From IMG/VR virus record IMGVR_UViG_3300035698_011514: DNA of 64,000 nt, one strand, 5' to 3'. Source of the stretch: an uncultured virus (IMG/VR IMGVR_UViG_3300035698_011514). Lineage: Duplodnaviria; Heunggongvirae; Uroviricota; Caudoviricetes. A model generated the notes under the pieces. The model was not told the DNA's origin. It searched no databases and saw only the letters and a program-made list of their open reading frames with translations. Position numbers and translations under genes: made by a program. Numbering within the stretch: the stretch's first letter is position 1; each line of letters opens with the position of its first letter. This document shows positions 49,234 through 55,889 of the stretch, one piece after another.

Positions 49234-50205
49234 TCACAGGTCGACGCGCTCAGTATAAAGTATCCAGAGGATGAATTTCTGAAAACGATCTGCTTCAAAT
49301 ATAATCATCCGCTGCATTTCAATGAGTTTGTGGTAACTCATTACTAACTGTTTGGTATTTTGTACGCGGATCTGATTGAGCATCTTTTCAGATTGTGGTT
49401 TAGACCATCCCATTAGCGAAGTGAGGGCAGTCTCCGACGCCCCATTGTCTAGCATACTACGAGCTTGAATCAAAGCCTCAATATGCTTGACGAACAGGGC
49501 TATCCACCCAAAAACTGGATCTTCACTGGCGCTGACCGTAGAAAATATCTTTTCTGCAATCCGCACACACATCGCATGATCCTTAAGGCCCCACGCTTCC
49601 AGCATCACAAAAGGTTTCATAACTTGATGAGCCACAAACACTTTCTGAAGCTCTTCAATAGAGATATTAGGGCCAGCCGCGCTTGCTTCCTTAAATACCT
49701 TCATCTTCTTGAGATCCAAGTCCAATAAAGTCTTGTCTTCCCCCAAGTTTAGAATCAACACCTCAGCATGTGTTTCTTGCAGAACGAGCCCACGACGCTT
49801 GGCCGCCCATACAAGCCATGAAGACATTTCCCATGCCTTCACGGCCTCATATTCAATCTTATGATCATGCTTGAGGGTCTTGAAAAATGCGGGGCTCTTA
49901 TCTTTATCTGATGTTACAAAGATGTAGAGATCTGGACGATTATCTTCGTTGATAATCTTCATCAAAGCCTCGCCCTTCTTCTTGTCCAGAAGGTCGATGT
50001 CTCTCCACACGATTAAGCGTCGATTCGAGAAAAGATCGGAGGGGGGGGTGTCGTCACCATAGACCGTAAGGCACTCCATATCTGGGAGGAGGCGTAATGC
50101 TTCCATGACCTCTAGCTCTTTGTAAAACGGATCCCCTGTTAAGATGACTCTTGTGGGAGTAGGTGCTGATCTCCAACGCATCTTCAAATCGAACTTTGAC
50201 ATCAT
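49234..50205 (-). CDS. holA: DNA polymerase III delta subunit (HolA-like)
   Basis: VIL.GD.F, DLFS.RRLIV, W....A...G..L...A..LI..LG.D...L..DL.K. Confidence 0.75.
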   Translation of the reverse strand: MMSKFDLKMRWRSAPTPTRVILTGDPFYKELEVMEALRLLPDMECLTVYGDDTPPSDLFSNRRLIVWRDIDLLDKKKGEALMKIINEDNRPDLYIFVTSDKDKSPAFFKTLKHDHKIEYEAVKAWEMSSWLVWAAKRRGLVLQETHAEVLILNLGEDKTLLDLDLKKMKVFKEASAAGPNISIEELQKVFVAHQVMKPFVMLEAWGLKDHAMCVRIAEKIFSTVSASEDPVFGWIALFVKHIEALIQARSMLDNGASETALTSLMGWSKPQSEKMLNQIRVQNTKQLVMSYHKLIEMQRMIIFEADRFQKFILWILYTERVDL

Positions 50206-51087
50206 TTACCCTTGATATCGGATATTCAGGATCTCCGCCGTGAAATGCGCGCGAGGTGATCCCATTCGTGAGTTCTGTTTAGACCACAGGTGCATTCGGA
50301 TCAGAGCGTTCAAGAGATTTCTGCGTTTAGAAGGATTCATCTCCGCGCCGAAGTCTTTTGCACGATCTTTGTAATTCGCAGCCATGATCCATTCACCCCC
50401 GTTCAGGAACACTTCTGTATGAATTAACCCTAAGAGAATTCCTTGCAAAAAGACTTGAGGCTCATCTTCGAGAATGGAGATGTCTTTGAGATTTGTAAAG
50501 ATGTCATGAACCTTGTGAAACCCTAAACCCCATATAAGATCCATTACCCTGTATAAGGTGTCTTCGTGAATATCCCAGAACGCTTCCATTTCTGGAATCC
50601 CTTGTGTAAGGTAAGATGAAAAGCTGTTCGTGTCGGCGCAAGGTCTATTGTGCAAGTCATAGATTTGAAATCGAGAAAGAAGCGGGAGGGGCCATCCCGC
50701 TAAGGTGGTAGCCGTCGTGAGAAGTCTGTGGGTTCGAGTGCGTCCCATTTCTTCAACTTGCTTGAGCAGGGCGTTTGCGGCGCCTGTCGTCAAAGTTTCC
50801 ATATCCTCAATGACCACAGTTCGCTTGGCAGACACCAAGGGAGGCTTCTGCAAGAGCGCGACGATTTCCCGCGCGCGATCTACGCCGATCGTCTTATCCC
50901 CCTCCGCGATCTTGAAGAGATGAAGATCCGTATCCGCCCTAGTCTTGGACAAGCCATAGATGTCCAAGACATCATCCAAGAGTGTCTTGAGACGCTGAGG
51001 GCTTGAGCAGACATACACGACAGCACCGGGGCCAGTATCGTTCACATGGTATTGGAGCGTATAGTGGAGAAGGGTTTCTTCAAGCAT
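50206..51087 (-). CDS. holB: DNA polymerase III delta-prime subunit (HolB-like)
   Basis: D.H......TIGVD.AREI......P......VVIED.E.LT..AANALLK..EE, LLSR. Confidence 0.8.
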   Translation of the reverse strand: MLEETLLHYTLQYHVNDTGPGAVVYVCSSPQRLKTLLDDVLDIYGLSKTRADTDLHLFKIAEGDKTIGVDRAREIVALLQKPPLVSAKRTVVIEDMETLTTGAANALLKQVEEMGRTRTHRLLTTATTLAGWPLPLLSRFQIYDLHNRPCADTNSFSSYLTQGIPEMEAFWDIHEDTLYRVMDLIWGLGFHKVHDIFTNLKDISILEDEPQVFLQGILLGLIHTEVFLNGGEWIMAANYKDRAKDFGAEMNPSKRRNLLNALIRMHLWSKQNSRMGSPRAHFTAEILNIRYQG

Positions 51088-51101
51088 TCAATATTCCAAA
51101 T

Positions 51102-51139
51102 AAAAAGAGGGCATAGTGATTAGCCACTATGCCCTCTTT
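51102..51139 (-). terminator. intrinsic terminator overlapping a putative promoter
   Basis: AAAGAGGGCATAGTG..CACTATGCCCTCTTT; TTGACA at 51162-51167. Confidence 0.7.
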
Positions 51140-51182
51140 CTTACCACCACCCCTGAGATCCTGTCAAGAATCAAGGCGGGCA

Positions 51183-51440
51183 TCACCCGTTTAGGAAAGA
51201 TCCACCCGTGTTCACGAGCCATCGATAAGAGCAAGTGCTGCATTGGTAATTTACGGAACCCGCGTCATCTTTCGAGAACATGTACACCTGCCTACCCTTG
51301 CACCCTCCGGGATTGCGGCAGTTCATGTGAAATATCTTGGTCTTGCTTCGGATCACATCTTCTGGCGACCCTGCTACAAGCTGTGAAGCCGCTTGGATCA
51401 AAGTATCAAAGCAACGATTATTGATTTCTTCGGACATCAT
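51183..51440 (-). CDS. small zinc-ribbon protein
   Basis: GGGAG RBS; CRNPGGC...Y.CSTC...W. Confidence 0.6.
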   Translation of the reverse strand: MMSEEINNRCFDTLIQAASQLVAGSPEDVIRSKTKIFHMNCRNPGGCKGRQVYMFSKDDAGSVNYQCSTCSYRWLVNTGGSFLNG

Positions 51441-51450
51441 ATACTCCCTG

Positions 51451-51855
51451 TTAAGGTCTGGTAAAGACCTCGCGGATCGCAGCTGCAATCCATTGTGTGA
51501 GTAAAGGCTCATCAAACCAAAACAAGCCCAGTTCTGTAGGATCATCTGTCAAAAGAAGTACGAAGCGATCATAGTCTCTTCGATCCAATAAGAGATGATG
51601 TGCCCCCTTGAACAAGATGAGAATAATGGAATTCCCCCTGTCCAGTACACGCACGTTCTGTTGCAACGCTTGCTTTACCCAGTAAGGTAGAAGAATGAGG
51701 GCTTGTTCCTGCGTGAGCATTCTTAGTGGAACTGCTCCGCCATCCCGATATGCTTCTTCGCGAATGTCACCGATCAGACCTTTGGAGGTCATCGAAGTGA
51801 GATCCGGCATCACGCGCCCGCGCGTGCATATCTGGAGGGGGTGCAAAGATCGCAT
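51451..51855 (-). CDS. hypothetical protein
   Basis: TAATG overlap with the upstream gene. Confidence 0.55.
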   Translation of the reverse strand: MRSLHPLQICTRGRVMPDLTSMTSKGLIGDIREEAYRDGGAVPLRMLTQEQALILLPYWVKQALQQNVRVLDRGNSIILILFKGAHHLLLDRRDYDRFVLLLTDDPTELGLFWFDEPLLTQWIAAAIREVFTRP

Positions 51856-52097
51856 TAAGAATTATCCCCGTACTCTCGCAGGCTCCGCGCCATATCCTCT
51901 AACTTCTCCGCCAAAGCATAGATCGCGGACTTGAGATCCGGAGCGCCCTCGGACTCGCAGAAGACGTGGCCGCTGTAATCGGAACCCACGACGAGCGCCA
52001 TGTCCTCGGTCTTTTCATCTACCTGTTGCAGGAAGTACCACAGGCCGTGACCTTGCTGTGTTCTTAGGGGGATCTTTGGAGTCTTCTGGATCTTCAT
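51855..52097 (-). CDS. hypothetical protein
   Basis: AAGGA RBS; ATGA overlap. Confidence 0.6.
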   Translation of the reverse strand: MKIQKTPKIPLRTQQGHGLWYFLQQVDEKTEDMALVVGSDYSGHVFCESEGAPDLKSAIYALAEKLEDMARSLREYGDNS

Positions 52098-52351
52098 TTC
52101 GCTTCCTTGTTTGGTATTGTACTCAAAGGCGCTAGGTTGGATCGCGGACCCTTGAAAGGTCGAATAGCCACTTTTTGATGGTATCCCTTCGGGGTCAGGT
52201 AATGCAGCGTTTGAGACACCACAAACACACCACTCCCTATATCTTCGAAGTCTTCAAAAGTTAACTCTTCCCCCTTGGTAAGCAATGGGATTGTTAAGAC
52301 TTTGTGATCTTCCCAGATACCCGGCGCGAACATATAAGTCGTCACAAGCAT
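52094..52351 (-). CDS. hypothetical protein
   Basis: TAATG overlap with the KH gene. Confidence 0.55.
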   Translation of the reverse strand: MLVTTYMFAPGIWEDHKVLTIPLLTKGEELTFEDFEDIGSGVFVVSQTLHYLTPKGYHQKVAIRPFKGPRSNLAPLSTIPNKEAK

Positions 52352-52698
52352 TAAAGGGCTCCCGCAATGATCTTGTGGTCTACAAGCTCAATTTCTATAT
52401 TGTGCCCATACTTGTTTCCGATTGCCTTCATCAGCATCGTCAACGACTTGATCAGGATTCCCTTCTTTCCGATGATCTTGCCCATCTCCTTCGGCGGGAC
52501 CGTAACGGAGAAGATCACTTTGCTTGCTGTTCTCATCGTGGACATAAGGATAGTTGCATTGTCATCAATCAAGAATGCAATCATGTCCTGAAGCATTCCT
52601 TCTAGATCCGGGATCACGTCATACGGTGAATCGCTCATTAGAACACTCGTGGCGGGTTTGCATGTCATATCGTAGTACATGCTGTAATCGGCAGGCAT
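52351..52698 (-). CDS. khpA: KhpA (YlqC/UPF0109)-like KH-domain RNA-binding protein
   Basis: L..MI..LIDD...V...EMGKIIGKKG..IKSL..L..A.G......IEIE; start reset to the ATG after GGAGG. Confidence 0.85.
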   Translation of the reverse strand: MPADYSMYYDMTCKPATSVLMSDSPYDVIPDLEGMLQDMIAFLIDDNATILMSTMRTASKVIFSVTVPPKEMGKIIGKKGILIKSLTMLMKAIGNKYGHNIEIELVDHKIIAGAL

Positions 52699-52779
52699 AG
52701 AGCCTCCTAGGGAAAGACAATCTTGTTGCATGAAATACCCCCCATGATTCATGCACCACCATAACACACAATGCATAAC

Positions 52780-52825
52780 AAGAAAACAAAAAAAGCGCAT
52801 ATAACGATTAAATCGTATGCGCTTT
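52780..52825 (-). terminator. intrinsic terminator closing the 1.5-kb non-coding transcript
   Basis: Minus strand AAAGCGCAT-ACGAT-TTA-ATCGT-TAT-ATGCGCTTT followed by TTTTGTTTTCTT. Confidence 0.75.
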
Positions 52826-54297
52826 CAAGGGCAGAAATATCTAGCGAAAGATTCTCCTGATCACCTACATCACCATCACGCAAATAAAGGCACAGCCCCT
52901 AAGGACTCCGAACTCTATCTGGAGTAGTGTCTATTCATTTATCAGAGAAGGGCATACACGTTGAATCTTGTAGCTCTTGCATCAAGAATTCACTGACGGT
53001 GGGGTATCACCGATCCATTCGTTTAAGGTCGAATGAGGACATCAACACCTACCTGCGCTTGACCTCTTCACATCACGAGAGGTACTGCGTTGGATTTTGC
53101 TATAACGCTTGTTTCCGCTTCTAGGCCCGGAATTTAGATGTAGTAGCCTACGATAATTTGGGTTTCATCGCCGTAATCGTGAGGGGGCGATCCTTATTTG
53201 ATTCCTCTCCAAGAGAGCCCATTGTACTACCCAGCTATGTTGAAACACGACTGGAGCAACGGGACGCTTCTTTGAGGCATACATCCTGTTTAGGTTCAGG
53301 CTGAGACATGTAGTTTGCGTCCGATGTCTAGGTGACGCTCTTTTCTTTATTTATTCGCCCAGCGTGGCCGTCCATGTTTCAGGGATCTTGTCACCAAACC
53401 GAACCGGGAATTAAAGAGTAACGAACCGCTCTTTTTTACGGCGTTGAGATCGCCCTTACGCCCGAGTCGTAAGTGGGGAGTTGCTACTATTGCTTCTCCT
53501 CTTATTGTGATCGCCCCATTTTTCTATCACAACAAACGTCGCCCTGCGTGGTCTAGTCTTCACGAATGAAGACAGTATGTTGGATTTAATGGGATTCTTC
53601 CTCTCCGCCCTACATGGGTTGGACTTTACATTTCCGAATCTCCGCAGAGACCTCGGGATCGTGCAAAGTTGGTTCGAACTGCTACCAACCATTGCCCATC
53701 TTGTTTTACCGCATACGGAATGGATACCCGTCTTGGTGGCATGGAAGCCCTGCATGGCTCCCATCATGGAGAGGTCTTTGATGTCTTTGCTTAGGATATA
53801 CTTAGTCTTGCCTTGCAGAGATACTACGAAAGCCGAATTATGATCCCTCATCTCAAATAGATAAATGGCACAAGCGGGTCTAATGCCCTGATGCTTGCTT
53901 ACCCACCTCCGTCCAAAATTCGTCATCATATTCTGCCTCTTTTTCCCGGTAAGACCCTGATGATCTCTCCTAAACTTGCGAACGACACCCGATCCTATGT
54001 ACGCTTTTTAGACTACTTACGCGCTTGTTTTACATCGTCTTCCACTACCTAGTCAGCGGGGCTCGATGTTCACCTTGATTACATGATCATGTCGTCAAGG
54101 TCGCTTGTAAGAGGCGTAGGAGGCTTTTGACCCATCTACACACGGAGAGTGAGCAACTCCAGCATGGTTCGTCCATGCTCCCTCTGGGGATCGAGAAAGG
54201 AGACTCAAGCGAGTGACTATGATCCTCATCGTCTCCCTTCCAGCGAAAGTCTTGTGGGCGGACTTACCCACCAAACAAGACCTTCACCCAGAAGTTA
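52790..54297 (-). ncRNA. candidate ~1.5-kb highly structured non-coding RNA of unrecognised class
   Basis: No credible ORF; own promoter and terminator; more than 12 hairpins, UUCG loops and G-U pairs on the minus strand; long-range helices. Confidence 0.7.
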
Positions 54298-54303
54298 AGA
54301 AGT

Positions 54304-54332
54304 ACTGTATACGCCTGACGCAGACGTGTCAA
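54304..54332 (-). promoter_or_regulatory. sigma70-type promoter of the candidate ncRNA
   Basis: TTGACA (54332-54327), 17 nt, TACAGT (54309-54304). Confidence 0.75.
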
Positions 54333-54872
54333 ACAATTCTTGATAATCCGCTTGGAAAATGTCCATAACATAAAGATAGAGTAGCCGGACCCATTTTATT
54401 CTCAAAATAGAAGCGCTCACTACCTGTTCCTACGAGGATACGCTTCCAACGTCACCAAAGCCCCCCCAACACCACGAAGCCCCTCGGGGCTTGGTGTGAC
54501 TCGCACAAGCATTAAGCAAGGCTCTACGTCCCTCGTTAGCATGTCCTCACCCTTATCACACCCCCCCTCCGAACATCCTCCCCTAGGATACCTCACTGAC
54601 AACCCACATCCCTTCGAACAGTAAGAGGTGGCACTCTGATCCCCCCTCATCCAAACCATAGCCCCCTAGAACGCCCCTTAAAGCCCTCCGGGCATCCTCC
54701 TCGATGATTCACCCTCAAGGCAAATAAGAAGGTCTCAGTGTTCGTCTTTGGCACCTTCTCGCTTCGCTTCCTTGGAACCCCCCCACGCGTGCGCCTCGCG
54801 CGCGCCAGCGCACACCCGCGCCTCGCGCGCACACCCGCGTTTCTTTCTTCTTCTATATATATATAAATAATT

Positions 54873-55183
54873 AAACAGAGGAGAAGCAATAGTAGGGGGG
54901 GATAGAACCCCTGAAGGGGGTATGAAAAATAATTGAGATATTTTTAAGAAGGTCATTCCAGCCTAAGGAACCAATAAGGGGAGGCCCTTCCGGGGATTGG
55001 TGTCTGTTCTTTGGAGACAGAGAACCTCCACCCAAGGGGGGGTTCTCCCGCATCTCTTACCTACCTTAGCCCTTGAGAGCCCCTAAAAACATAGACACAA
55101 TTCTGTAACACTGTTGTAACACAAATGTCACAAAGATTGTTTTTAGGGTTCTATCCCCCCCTACTATTGCTTCTCCTCTGTTT
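54873..55183. repeat. perfect 38-bp inverted repeat (54873-54910 / 55146-55183), 235-bp spacer
   Basis: AAACAGAGGAGAAGCAATAGTAGGGGGGGATAGAACCC and its exact reverse complement. Confidence 0.92.
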
Positions 55184-55237
55184 GGGTGTTCGATAGCTTC
55201 CCTTCCCCAAGGGGGGAAGGAAAAGGATAGAGGGTGA

Positions 55238-55458
55238 GAAGGGGGATCTTAAAGAAGTGTTCTTAGGAGGGGGGTGGGAAGGGGGATCTTAAAGAGGTGT
55301 TCTTAGGTAGGGGGGGGGGATCTTAAAGGGGGGTTCTTAGGTTGGGGGGGGGGTGGGTAAGGAAGGTTTTTAAGGGTGGGGGGGGGGTGGGGGGGGGGGG
55401 GGGAAGGGGGGATCTTAATGGTGAGCTTGGGAGAGGTTGGGACAGATAGGATCTTAAT
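55238..55458 (+). repeat. G-rich iterated repeats GGGGGATCTTAAAG..GTTCTTAGG
   Basis: Three full copies (~55238, 55278, 55316) and partial GGATCTTAA copies (~55410, 55449), separated by G-runs. Confidence 0.85.
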
Positions 55459-55507
55459 TGTATTTATTGTTTTTAGATATCTTTTAGATTATGTTTGTTC
55501 GGCTAAA

Positions 55508-55539
55508 AAATAAGGTAGCCTGTGATGGCTACCTTATTT
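55508..55539 (-). terminator. intrinsic terminator ending the AAA/vWA operon
   Basis: AAATAAGGTAGCC-TGTGAT-GGCTACCTTATTT. Confidence 0.8.
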
Positions 55540-55557
55540 CTTCACTAGGCATGAGAT

Positions 55558-55884
55558 TCAGGTTGGTCGAATGGAGATTAGGGAAGGGTGCCACTCTAGG
55601 GGTTCTGAAGATCCGTCTCCGAAGAACCGATTGAGATGTTCAACGATCAATTCCTTCATTTCGGGCTCAATCTTGAGGAAGAAATCCTGTTCGAAGTGGC
55701 TGACAATGGGGGATACAAGATCCAAAGAATTCTTCTGCATCTGAATTTTATGATATCTCCGGAGGATATCTGTCTTTGTCTTATCTTGACAGGATGTCTG
55801 GAAGCTACAATGAAACTGGCACTCTTCATGAGTTTCGTCATAGAATCCGTGACAATCTAGCCCTGTTGGAATTCTGTGAGACAT
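55558..55884 (-). CDS. hypothetical protein with N-terminal Cys cluster
   Basis: C.G.YD....EC...C.F...C; AGGTG RBS. Confidence 0.6.
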   Translation of the reverse strand: MSHRIPTGLDCHGFYDETHEECQFHCSFQTSCQDKTKTDILRRYHKIQMQKNSLDLVSPIVSHFEQDFFLKIEPEMKELIVEHLNRFFGDGSSEPLEWHPSLISIRPT

Positions 55885-55889
55885 AGTGA

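Larger units (their letters stand above)
54420..55460. other. putative replication origin / symmetric control region
   Basis: Non-coding; C-rich left, G-rich right; CG-alternating tract next to a TA tract; 38-bp inverted repeat; iterated repeats. Confidence 0.6.

Noticed and set aside
52699..52800. N-terminal extension of the KH protein
   Set aside because: It begins inside the terminator hairpin; a GGAGG RBS supports the start at 52698.
52790..54297. 16S rRNA gene (similar length, multi-domain fold)
   Set aside because: Universal SSU motifs such as GTGCCAGCAGCCGCGGTAA and AAACTCAAAGGAATTGACGG were not found on either strand; GATCACCT at ~52859 is at the wrong end for its strand.
52790..54297. 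Group I/II intron, RNase P RNA or tmRNA
   Set aside because: No interrupted host gene, no domain V hairpin, group I R/S-like words only in the wrong order, no GAGGAAAGUCC, and no tRNA-like ends seen. A covariance-model search is still needed.
52927..55053. Short ORFs in the non-coding region (e.g. 53456..53929, 53577..53843, 54420..54659, 54647..54889)
   Set aside because: No recognisable motifs, atypical composition, mutual overlaps on both strands; better explained by RNA structure and repeats.
55238..55341. CRISPR array
   Set aside because: Units are degenerate and separated by short G-runs rather than unique spacers; no cas operon.
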